Source: Carcharhinus amblyrhynchos
Lineage: Eukaryota
Reading direction: 5' to 3'
DNA: 64,000 bases
NCBI GenBank assembly: GCA_965287045.1
Contig: OZ336879.1
Location: forward strand, 84,444,001-84,508,000
The notes under the pieces: generated by a model
The model's input: only the letters and a program-made list of their open reading frames with translations
What the model was told of the DNA's origin: nothing
The model's database searches: none
Program-made: the position numbers and the translations under genes
Part shown: positions 52,855 to 64,000 of the stretch, piece by piece
Numbering within the stretch: position 1 is the first letter of the stretch
How the letters are laid out: each line of letters starts with the position of its first letter

Positions 52855-53197
52855 GAGGAATTTAATGGAATTTGAATTCAATAAAAAAAATCTGAAATTA
52901 AGTATCTACTGATGATCATAACACCATTGTTGATTGTCAGAAAAACCCATCTGGTTCACTGATCTCCTTTAGGGAAGGAAATCTGCTGTGTTTACCTGGC
53001 TTGGCCTACATCTGACTCCAGATCCACAGCAAAGTGGTTGACTGTCAACTGCGCTCGGGGAACTAGAGATGGGCAACAAATGCTGATGTGGAGATGCTGG
53101 TGTTGGACTGGGGTAAACACAGTAAGAAGTCTCACAATGCCAGGTTAAAGATGCTGGCCAGCCAGTGACACCCATGTCCCACGAATGAATAAAAAAA
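52855..53197 (+). mobile_element. Second SINE family, 5'-truncated, with a Penelope pLTR piece (53084-53150) inserted in the tail
   Basis: Homologous to 41930-42183; the insert is bounded by atgctg repeats. Confidence 0.72.
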
Positions 53198-53352
53198 GAG
53201 GGCTGCCATTCGGCCCATTGTGCATATACTGACTCTTCAAAAATGCTATCCAATTAATCTCGCTGCCTCACTCATTCTCTACAGAGTTGAAAATCTTTCT
53301 TTTACAAGTAAACATGCAATTTCTTTTTGAAAGTTGGATCTGCTTCCTCGAT

Positions 53353-53687
53353 ATAGAATCATAGAATCCCTACAGGGTAAAAGGAGGCCCATTGTCAATG
53401 CACTGACAACAATCCCACCTAGGCCCTACCTCTGTAACTCAACATATTTACCCCACTAATCTCTCTAACCTACATATCCCAGGACACTAAGGGGCAAATT
53501 AGCACGGCCAATCAACCTAACCCGCACATCTTTGGACTGTGGGAGGAAACTGGAGCACCTGGAGGAAACCCACGCTGACACGGGGAGGACATGCAGACTC
53601 CGCACAGACAGTGGCCCAAGCCGGGAATCAAACCTGGGTCCCTAGAGCTGTGGGACAGCAGTGCTAACCACTGTGCCACAGTGCCGT
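53353..53687 (-). mobile_element. HE1-type SINE (CR1-like tail)
   Basis: Full head, body and tail. Confidence 0.88.
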
Positions 53688-54483
53688 CCAAAAATCTTGC
53701 TCTTGAATCCGCTTCCATGAGCCTTTCACGTAATGCATTCCTGATCGTAATAACTGGCTGCATAAAAATAAATCTTCATCAATCATTCTGGTTCATAATT
53801 ATTATGACTAAAACATGTAAGTATTACTGAAATGCAACTTTTATTTATAAGCACCTTATTTATAAGCAACTTTTATTTATTAGCACTTCAACTTGGAGAT
53901 TGGTGTTTGTTTTAATTTATATGCTATCACATTAGTGGTAATTTCAAAATATCAGAGCTTGATATCTCTCCACATCTGTTGAGTGTGTTCATCTCAGATA
54001 AATGGGAAAAGTACCAGAACAAGCTTAGAATTATACGGTTCCTCTCTGTAACCTTGAAGCACAGAGACATTAATCTAATGATGTGTATTCCCCAGAACAC
54101 ACGCGCCTCCAATTTCTGCTGCAGGTGACAGTATTTCTATTAACTTCTTTATTGCCTTGAACGGAAGGCTGGCAGGGCTGAGAAAGTTGCAGTGCTCAAT
54201 TCCACACTGGCATGACAGCTATCAGCTAAATTTCATCTACAAAGGTGCAGTTCAATTTTTAGGTGGTTTAAAAAGTATGAGAGAGTAAGAAGGAAGAAAA
54301 GAAGAAAGGTTTGTGATCTTAATGGCCTATTCCTGTTCCTAAAACTTCTTACGTTCTTCTCGAAATAATCAAATAAATTTTGCTTTCTCCCTGCCTCCCC
54401 CTCTCTCCAGTCCAGCAGCATTGTGCATAATCACATAGCCCATGGGAGGCCATTGGGAAACCTTCCTCTATTCAGTGCCCCAT

Positions 54484-54770
54484 CCATAAATCAAAGGGAA
54501 TTATTCCCAACAACTGGAGATCTTGAAAATTACCTGTTGTTGGTGCAAGCTTGAGAAGAAATGCGTGAACCAAAGATCACCAGTCTTAAAAAGAAACAAT
54601 GGCAATTAGAGTGAAAATTATTTACGCTTTTGAAGCAAGTGAAATACTCCAGGGAACATTTTCTTGGTGCATCAATAGATTGAATTATCTTCGGGACGTT
54701 CAAATCGCAACGAGTCACAGTGTTTTGCTCTTCTAATGATTAATGAGGTTGCTGCATGGGTAAATGACAG
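54484..54770. promoter_or_regulatory. Candidate intronic enhancer (Pbx-Hox, TCF and Meis motifs)
   Basis: TGATTTATGG (minus, 54484-54493) overlapping ATCAAAG, TGATTAATGA (54737-54746) and TGACAG (54765-54770), all in repeat-free sequence. Confidence 0.35.
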
Positions 54771-55237
54771 CGAAGTGGTACAATTCTCAAGTGCTGGAAT
54801 TTGCCAAAATGCTCCTGGCCAACTTCATTTCCTTTCTAGCTTTGCAATTCGTGCACTGGGCAAAGGGGGTTCTTTTGGAGTTAACTATCTGCAGTAAAAA
54901 TAGCGTATAACGGGCAGGATTTTCTTCAGGGTTGAAGTTAGCCGCATTGAATTCAACACCATTTGCAATAACATTTTCACCTCAAACCCATGATGAGTGG
55001 CCTTTAGAAGTGAATGTCCACCAGGCATATTTCATGTTAGGAAAGCCAAGAGAGAGCGTGGAAAAATATTGCCATGTAAAACCATAGAAAATACAAGGAT
55101 TTTGCCTTCCATCTGTCCAAATAAAGGGGGAGAAAGCAATGAAAGAAAGACCATTCAACTGCCCTATTGAAACAGCAAAGCACAGCCTGTTTACTAGACA
55201 CCAATGTAACCCATGAGAAGTCACTTAGGATTAAAAT

Positions 55238-55553
55238 ACGGCATGGCGGCACAGTGGTTAGCACTTTCGCCCCACAGTGCCAGGTTCAATTCTGGCCTTA
55301 GGTGATTGTGTGGAGATTGCACATTCTCCCCATGTCCGCATGGGTTTCCTCCAGGTGCTCCAGTTTCCTCCCACATTCCAAAGATGGGCAGGTTAGATTG
55401 ATCGGCCGTGCTAAATTTCCCCTTAGTGTCAGGGAGATTAGCAGGGTAAATATGTGGGGTTAAAGGGATACGACCTGGGTAGGATTGCTGTTGGTGCAGG
55501 ATTGATGGGCAGAATGGCCTCCTTTTGCTCAGTAGGGAATCAATGATTCTATG
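55238..55553 (+). mobile_element. HE1-type SINE (CR1-like tail)
   Basis: Full head, body and tail. Confidence 0.88.
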
Positions 55554-56354
55554 AAATTTGAAGTAAAAATGGAGAGAAAATACTGGCAATTTCTTAGGAA
55601 GTCAATCAGCTTCTGAAACAGAAAGAGAAGCTTATATTTCGATGGATCCTTCAATGAAATGTTCTCTTTCCTTTGGCTATCGAATGACCTGCTGTACATT
55701 TCCAGCTTATATTTGGCATGCTTTATTTATCACTCATCAGTAAATCAGTACGTGTCAGTGTTTTTTTGTGAAAATGTTGTAAGTAAAAGGGAAAGTGGAA
55801 AATTTTGAATGATATTGATTACATTTGTTTATTCCAGGGATAAAATATATCAGTTACCGACTATAGGTGGGATACATTATACACGCGATGATGGGCTGAT
55901 GCACCTTGTCAGGGCACTTAGGGATGTACAATAAATATTGGCCTAGCCAACGACACCTACATCCTGGAAATATTTTTAAAAAGTAATTGAGGATTCAGGT
56001 TTCGAACATCATTGGTTACACATCAAGTGGCTGATCTCAGTCAGGTCAGCGGAGTCACTGAGGAGAAATATCATTGTTTCAATGTTTCACACTATTTTGG
56101 AAAGAGTACCACAGATTCCAATGAGTGTTGGTTACCAGAAAAATCTGAAAACTGATTAAATCTTTTTAAAGCCACTTAGCAAACGACGAACAAGTATCGG
56201 TGGAAAAATTGATTCTCGTTGCGCCCTTTTGTACAGAAATTAATAGAATAATTTTGGACCCTGAAGCCTTGCATCTGTATGAGAGGTGCCGCCATACTGT
56301 AAAGATGGCTTCCTAGGGGTGTCAGGATTACATGTAGCCCGGGCCACCAACAAC

Positions 56355-56830
56355 AATAATGTGCATTTATATTAGCACCTATAAGCTAAGACTATCCCAA
56401 GATGCTTTATAGGGGGCATTACATTAAAAAAAATGGCACAGAGCCACAAAAGGAGAAATTTAGTCAGTGAGGTAGATTTTAAGGAGTGTCTAAAACAGGA
56501 AACAAGTTAGAGAGATGGAGAGACATAGTGCTGAAATTGCAGAGCTTAGGGCCGAGAGGCATGGCCACCAATAATTAAGGCAGGGTGATCACGAGACCAG
56601 AATTAAAGGAGCACAGATAACTCAGAGGCTGTGAGCTAGAGGAGATTACAGAGCTAGGGAAGGGAGAGGCAATGAAGGGTTTTGAACACCAGGATGAGAA
56701 TTTTAAAATTAAGGCATTGCTCGACTGGGAGCCTATGGAGTTAACCTCAAGTTTACAGATGGTTGAATGTGGAAGGCTGACCAGAAGTATATCGGAATAG
56801 TGAAGTCTAGAGGTAACCAAGGCATTAATG
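56355..56830 (-). mobile_element. Old L2-type LINE 3' relic
   Basis: VTSRLHYSDILLVSLPHSTICKLE motif and an L2-like tail. Confidence 0.6.
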
Positions 56831-58561
56831 AGCTACAGATTCTCAGCGATAGAAGTTTTTACTTATTTATCTTCTTGGCTTCCATCCCTCCACCCTCCCA
56901 GAACCTGGACCAGTGATGCAGTTGGTACAAATCAATGCAATCATCTAAATGTTGGCCCAATTTGCAACTAATTAGGATAAACACATTTGGATACAAACCC
57001 TTTCCAAAAGGGGTTGCAGTTTTGAAAATAACTTTAGAAAATGATTAAAAACAACCAAGAAATTAGCTGTGCTTAACCTCTAACTTGGTAAAAAGAAACT
57101 GCATCAAATTAATGAAATTAAAGTAGCTGGTCTATTTTTCATTAATCTTCCTATTGGCTTCATTTAATATACAAATAATTCCTTTAAATTATTTTGTAAT
57201 AACCACGAGTGGAATAATACGAGGGCACAGATGGCATGTCCTCTCTCCCCACCCTGGAAACAACACCAGCATGGGGCTGTCCTGCCCTATGCCACTCTGC
57301 CCCACAGCAATTAGGCACTTCAGGTGGGACTAAAGAGGTCCAAGTGATGGGGACATGCCCACCTCCTCCCCCCAACCCAGAACTGCTCCATCAGTCCCTG
57401 CAATGCCAGGAAAGCTGGACTGCAAAGGAATCAAACTCCACGGACTTCCGCAGCAGCTAAGCCTGGGGTCTTAGGCAGGGAGGCTTTGGATATGTTTAGT
57501 TAAAGGGTGGGTTTAAGGAGGATTTAAGGGTGAAGTTGGGTTGGAAGAAAGGGTGGGGAGGTTCAATCTAAGGGGGGATGAGGGGCTGATTGTAAATTAT
57601 TCAATTTAATATGGCATATGGGCTGCCAATTTTGCCCCCCTGTATAATGGGGCAGAGTGCAGGGCTAGACTGGAATGTGATGGGACTGGCACCTGCTCTA
57701 TTTTATGTGACTCTCCAATGGGAATCATGCCTGCCAGGGGTCACATAAAACTCAGCCTCATGTTTCAGTCATGCTTAATAAAATGTTGGTGTAAACTAGA
57801 ATATTAACAGATTCACAGACCATGATGACTAGAGCCTCCTGAAAAACATAATGGAGCTAAGCTGCCTAAAATATGGGAAATTCCTTATGTGTGGCCCTCA
57901 GGCTAGGAATGTCTAGAACCCGCTTTGGATTCAGACTTTTCCTCACCTAAAGACAGGATTTAAATCAGTTTCCCAGGCCATGAGTCAGGGTCATATTTTC
58001 TCCCAGCCTCCTGGGCTGAATAGCTGATGACTGATTGTTTTCCCAAACAATCACATTCACGGGGCTGATTGTAAAGGACAATGGCACTGTTGTGGCTCTT
58101 TGCTAACGGCACATGCGCAGTCTCCCTGTGGTTTGAGACATCATCTCTGCAGCTGTTTGGGATGTCAAAGAGGCATTCAGCTGGTGGCTGCTTTCTGTGC
58201 ACCTCCCCAGCAGTGCAGAGCTGGGGTCAGGGGGGAAGAGAATTCTTCCATCTGGCAAGGTTAGATTCCCACTTCAAATCCCTGGCAAATATATGGAATG
58301 AATGTATTGCCTTGCTTTGCTGTGGGGCTTTACAATGTCCTTGTGACTGTGACTGCCCATAGAATATGCAGCTAAGGGAGGCGGCACTTGATAACAGTGA
58401 AGCCTTTTGTCTTTACTGAGTTCTGTTTTTGCCTTCTTTCTTGACGTCACAGTGTACCCTCAGTTAAAATCAATCTCACTCACAGGTAAATTGCCCAACC
58501 TGGTTGACAGGCACAAAAATTCCAGAACAGACGAAGGCTTAGAAATTCAGATGCAGCAGAT

Positions 58562-58908
58562 TTAGAATCATAGAATCTCTGTAATGCAGAAGGAGGCCAT
58601 TTGGCCCATCAAGGCTACACTGACTCTCCAAAACAGAATCCTAGCCACATCCGATCCCTGTAACACCACGTATTTACCCCACTAATCCTCCTAACTGCAT
58701 CATGGGACTAAAAGGCAATTTAGCATAGCCAGTGCAGCGAACCTGCACATCTTTTGAGTGTGGGAGGAAACCAGACAACCCGAAGGAAAACCCACGTAGA
58801 CATGGGGAGAATGACTAGCTCCACACAAACAGCGACCCAAGGTCAGAATTGAACCTGGGTCCCTGGCACTGTGAGGCAGCAGTACTAACCACTGTGCCAT
58901 CATGCCGC
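58562..58908 (-). mobile_element. HE1-type SINE (CR1-like tail)
   Basis: Full head, body and tail. Confidence 0.87.
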
Positions 58909-60136
58909 CCCAAAGATAGCACTGGGAGCATTTGCTGCAACTGAGCGATGAAGCTCGAAATGCACCCACTATTAGATCACAAGCCTTATGACCATCTGAA
59001 GTGGCACTGAGGATCAGACTGACACAACAGCTAGAGAAAGACCCTCAGCTAAGTGATGAAGCTGGGGAGGGGTAGTGGGAGGTGGATGGGAAGGAAGAAG
59101 TGACTTGGCTGGGGATGGAGAGCAGAAAATAGCCATAGTGCAAGGATGGGGTTGAGGTATCGGCAGTCTCTGGGAGCATGGTTGCAGGGGCTGGGAGCAG
59201 CTACACTCTTTAAATGTTATCAGGCTCCACAGTCAGATTAAATATATTTTAAAACCTTACCTTGTCGGCTGCCTCAGAATTGTGTTGAGGATCTCAATCT
59301 GGCATTTAGCCCTTATTTGCATGTACACAGGGTCTAGTGCATGCTACAGTGAGTACAGTGAGATGAGTACAGTGAAGTCAATATTTTGGCCATTACTAAT
59401 ATAGTGGGCGATAGGCTTCTAGCAGATAACATGTGAGTCTTTCCTGTTCTTTGTATTGGAGGCCAGTCAGTGCCTGAAGAACGGGACTTGCGTCGAAGAA
59501 TTTCAAGGCCCATGTATATAATGTAAGCATCAAGCAGATGTTGAGATTTTGTTAACTGGATTTTTCACAGTGATCAGTGTGTTACCAGCAGAGGATTACT
59601 GAAATGTCCTAGCATTGGAGAATGTTCTTCAGTGGGGAGAAAGTGACGCCAGTTTGTCCGAAGTTTCTGTAGGAGGTTCGTTGTGCTCATAGGAAGCTGC
59701 CAATGATAATCCTCTTGAGGGGCTTTTAAAAGTAGATGGGCACGATTTTCCTGGCCTGCTGAGTTGCTTGAGTAGCCCAGTGAGCCTGGAAATGTCAGCG
59801 GGTGGCCAAAAACGGGAATTGCGACCAGCGTCCAGCCAGCCGTGATCTACCCAGGCCATTTTTTTTTCAATGTAATCAGCCTCGTGCCAGGGACAATGGG
59901 AGACAGGGGAGGGGGGGCAGTGGGGGAGTGGTCAGAGCCGGTGATGTCAGGGGTTGGGGGTGGGAGGATGGTGTGTCGGCGATCACGGGAGGGGCATGTC
60001 AACCCGTCTCCCAGTACATGGGAGATCAGCACATGCGCGCTGGCCTCCAAATGCTCCGAATCTTGGATGGGATTAGCCCCCTTCTCCCCCAACCCCTCGT
60101 CCCCCACCTATTGTAAATCCCCTGGCAGCTTCTGTT

Positions 60137-60279
60137 ATGATGTAGAGATGCTGGCGTTGGAGTGGGGTAAACACAGTAAGAAGTCTCACAACACCAGGTT
60201 AAAGTCCAACCAGTTTATTTGATAGTAAACCCACAAGCTTTCGGAAACGGCGTTCCTTCATCAGGTGTGTGGAAGGTTC
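60137..60279 (-). mobile_element. Penelope pLTR fragment
   Basis: Same family as 24716-24847 and 53084-53150; contains a hammerhead core. Confidence 0.7.
60232..60267 (-). ncRNA. Minimal type I hammerhead ribozyme motif
   Basis: Minus strand: cac-CTGATGA-a-ggaa(cgccgt)ttcc-GAAA-gc-TT-gtg. Catalytic boxes, stem II, the palindromic AGCT stem III and a 3-bp stem I are all present. Activity is unknown. Confidence 0.6.
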
Positions 60280-60557
60280 AATTCAGCTCTTTATTTTTTT
60301 CTATTCATTTATAACTAAAGCTGATTGGTAGTTTTGATTACACGTGCACAGTAGTGTTGGAGTACCGTGTAAGTCACAAACAGACTTTATACATGCAGAA
60401 TCGGCTCTCCTTCTTGCTTCAAGCTATACAAACTCTGCATTTAATTTGTTTCATATGAGTTTCACAACTAGGTCAAGTATAATAAATTCAAAAATCCAAC
60501 GCTGTGACTTTCTAAAGAAAATGCTTCCATCATGCAGCCACTATGTAAGCAACTAAA

Positions 60558-60960
60558 AAACAATTGCATTTATATGGCGCCCCTCATATTTTCCCAAAAG
60601 ATTATGCAGCCGACGGAATACTTTTGAAGCGCTGTTGCAATTTGGGAATTGTGGTCACCAGTTTGTGCACAGCAAGATCCCAACAAACAGCAATACGACA
60701 ATGACCAAATAATCTGTTGTTTCTCCTTGTGGAGAGGTAAATGTTTCCCAGACCATCAGGTGAACTACTTCCCCCAATTTTCTTCAAAACACTGTCATGG
60801 GATATTTTACGACCACACAGGGGACCAGTGAAATCTCAGTTGAATGACAACACCCCTAGAGTGCATCTCTGAGATGTCAGTCTAAATTACATGGTCAGGT
60901 CTCTGGAGTGACACTTGAATCCCTAACCATTCAGAGGTGGGCGTATTACAATTGCGCTAA
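60558..60960 (-). mobile_element. Old DeuSINE/SacSINE1-like element
   Basis: Resembles the remembered consensus (catgggat.ttttac, tgtcag.cta.att, ctctggagtg..acttgaa.cc) and has an L2-like tail ttgcatttatat.gcgcc. Confidence 0.5.
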
Positions 60961-61594
60961 GGTTGACAACGATAATAACTATACTTTAACAGCTAGTATA
61001 AAGGATTGACGTAGGCCCAATGGCTCTTTTCAGTCATAATGGCTTCACCCATGTTACAGCATATCAAATGCATATCAGCATTTATTGGCCGGAACTTCCC
61101 AGGTAGGATCTTCCGGTCCCGCCGATGGCACACCCTCGCCACGAGTTTCTCGGTGATGAAGGACACATTCAGAGGAAACCCTGTGAACAACGGCTTGAGC
61201 GCAAGATCCCACTGCTCGTCAATGGCAGGCCATCTCTCACCACCGTGAAACACACAGCCAGGTTGTGTGGTCCATCCTGCCTATGGTCAGTGAAGGGCTT
61301 TCAAAGTGCAAGAGTAGCATTTACGCTTTTTGAAATGCTGTCATTAGTAAAATCTCTGACCTTCTTTGTAAAATTTTCACCCCCTCCTCTCGAAAGCCCC
61401 AACTCTCGGTGTGACTGCTGTCACAAGTGGTCATTCCGCTAACTCACATAAATGGATAGAGGGGGCTTAAAAAGTCATAGAAGCATCTCAGCTGAACCCT
61501 ACCCTTACCTAATCCTTCACACTTGGGCACTTTGCCGCAGGATACCTGGAGTGGGGTTGGGAACCTCTTTAACAAACAGCTGTTTTACCAATAG

Positions 61595-62710
61595 AGTCAT
61601 AGAGGTTTACAGAATGAAATTAGGCCCTTCAGTTCAACTTGTCCATGCCGTCCCTTTCTGTTAACCATTAAGCTAGTCCCAACTGTCCGCATTTGGTCCA
61701 TATCCCTCTATATCCAATGTACCCATGTAACTGTCTAAATGCTTTTCAAAAGACTAAATTTTACTACTACCTCTGACAATTTGTTCCAGACACTCATCAC
61801 CCTCTATGTGAAAAAATTGTCCCTCTGGACCCTTTTGTATCTCTCCCTTCTCACCTTAAACCTATGCCCTCTAGTTTTAGACTCCCTTGCCTTTGGGAAA
61901 AGTGATTGACTACGTAGCTGATCTATGCCCTTCATTATTTTATAGACCTTTATAAGATCACCCTGAAGCCTCCTACGTTCCAGGGAAACAAGTCCCAGTC
62001 TATCCAACCTCTCCTTACAACTCAAACCATCAAGTCCCTGTAACATCCTAGTAAATCTTTTCTGCACTCTTTCTAGTTTAATAATATCCTTTCTATAATA
62101 CGGTGACGAGAACTGTACACAATATTCCAAGTGTGGCCTTACCGATGTCTTGTACAACTTCAACAAGACATCCCGACTCCTATATTAAATGTTCTGACCA
62201 GTGAAACTAAGCATACCAAATGCCTTCTTCACCACTCCGTCCACCTGTGACTCCACTTTCAAGGAACTATGAACTGGTACCCATAGATCTCTTTTGTTCT
62301 ATAATTCTCCGAAACACCCTACATTAATCTACCAAAATACCTCACCTCGCATTTATCTAAATTAGACTCCGTTCGCCATTTGTCAGCCCACTGACCCAAT
62401 TGATCAAGATCCCGTTGCATTCCTAGATTACCTTCTTCACTGTCCACTGTCAATCTTGATGCCATCTGCAAACTTACTGACTGCCAAAATACACATCCAA
62501 ATCATTAATATAAATGACAAATAACAGTGGACTCAGCACTGATCTCTGAGGCACATAACTGGTCACAGGCCTCTGGTTTGAAAAATAACCCTCTACAACT
62601 ACCCTTTGTCTTCTGTCATCAAGCCAATTTTATATCCATTTGGCTACCTCACCCTGGATCCCATAAGATTTAACCTTATGCAACAATCAACCATGTGGTA
62701 CCTTGTCAAA
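61595..62710 (-). mobile_element. CR1 LINE 3' portion (decayed), related to 24488-25800
   Basis: LYKTSVRPHLEYCVQFSSPYYRKDIIKLERVQKRFTRML motif. Confidence 0.9.
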
Positions 62711-63466
62711 TAATCCATTAAGGTGACCTATTGCCTTCATATATACTGTCACCTGCTTCTGTGGTTCTGCAAGATGGATTCCAACTGTTTATGATTTCCT
62801 CCCTTCAGAGATCACCATCAATATGCTGTGGGTGGTTTTTAATGGAGAGACAAGAATCTTGCCTCCCCCCACCACCCCCCCCCCCCCCCCACCTCCCCCC
62901 AGCCCCTACCACCACCACCCAGCTGGATAGTCAGTGAGAGCTCCACATCGCTTCTCTTAGGGGAGGCCCTCAGCAATTAGCTGAACAGTGGCCGGCCTTC
63001 CCTGGGATCAAAGATCCCGAGATTGATGTCCAATCCCGGGATTAGAGGCTCTGTTGAAAGGCAGTGGAGTGAGGGGTTGCGGGCTGTTGCCTGTAACACT
63101 GTCTCAGTAACACTCGATCCAGTATATTTGCTGGATTACAGGCCTCAGGTGATTGATGGTTGGGGGGGCAATCGCAGGGTGAGCGTTGCAGGAGAGAAGG
63201 GTGGGAGGGGACATGGCAACAATGTCAAGGGGATGGAACACAGTGAGCCTTGGAATTAGGGCCTCCATCCCAGAAGCCCACACAGGTTTGCTTGTTGTGA
63301 TCCCCACATAGTAACAGCTGGGTTAATACCAGCGGTAGTGGAATAAGGCCCTTACGTGGGCATTAATTTGCCATGGATTCCATTGGGGTGGAGGCAGCAA
63401 GGTGGCAGAGACCCAATGAAATCCCTTCCACCCAATTAAATGTCCAATCTACCTCCAAACTAACTA

Positions 63467-63912
63467 TAGAATCCCCACAGTGCAGAAGGAGGCCATCTGG
63501 ACCATCAAGTCTGCACCGAAAGAGCATCTTAACCAGTCCCATCATCCCCTGCCCTATCTGCATAACCCTGCATAACCTTTATGGCCTACTCCTGCTCCTA
63601 TTTCTTATGTTCTTATGTTCTTTACCATGACTAAGCCACCTAATCTACACATCTTTAGTCTCTAAGGAGCAATTTAGCATGGCCAATCCACCTAACCTGC
63701 ACATCTTTGGACACTAAGGGGCAATTTAGCATGGCCAATCCACTTACTCTGCACATCTTTTGAGTATGGGAGGAAACTGGAGTGGCTGGAGGAAACCCAC
63801 ACAGATACGGGGAGAACATGCAGACTCCACATAGATAGACAGTCACCCAAAGCCACCTTTGAACCTGGGTCCCTGATGCTGTGAGGCAGCAGTGCTAACC
63901 ACTGTGCCACCC
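63467..63912 (-). mobile_element. HE1-type SINE with internal tandem duplication and an inserted CR1 tail (~63582-63622, +)
   Basis: The gcaatttagcatggccaatccac block occurs twice; insert ggcctactcctgctcctatttcttatgttc. Confidence 0.8.
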
Positions 63913-64000
63913 TAGCTGTAGGAGAGCAGTAAATTCTGCCTCGTAACTTTCAAGGGAGATGTGTAAAAGAAAACTGTATTCTGAAGTCACACATTAATTA

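Overview
Eukaryotic, repeat-dense DNA that looks like a shark (elasmobranch) genome, judged from HE1-type tRNA-derived SINEs, CR1/HER1 LINEs, Penelope elements, L2 relics and Harbinger-like MITEs. The only recognisable host gene is on the minus strand: the last two coding exons (49339-49437, 47988-48106) and 3' UTR of an LHFPL6/LHFPL1-type tetraspan gene, whose upstream exons lie beyond the window. Almost all other listed ORFs are transposon-derived or spurious. The most unusual structure is an old inverted duplication (about 10.4-14.0 kb vs 27.3-29.4 kb). Its arms are a mosaic of ~75%, ~90% and ~99% identity, and the right arm holds a 350-bp insertion apparently copied from the left arm. Also notable: a TSD-bounded Penelope element with inverted pLTR, an intact minimal hammerhead-ribozyme core on the sense strand of the LHFPL intron, a perfect 27-bp hairpin, two minisatellites, a solo LTR and a hAT derivative with exact TSDs, and a Pbx-Hox/Meis motif cluster. 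There is no CRISPR array or prokaryotic system. Repeat boundaries and identities were estimated by eye; family names and reference protein comparisons come from memory, not from searches.
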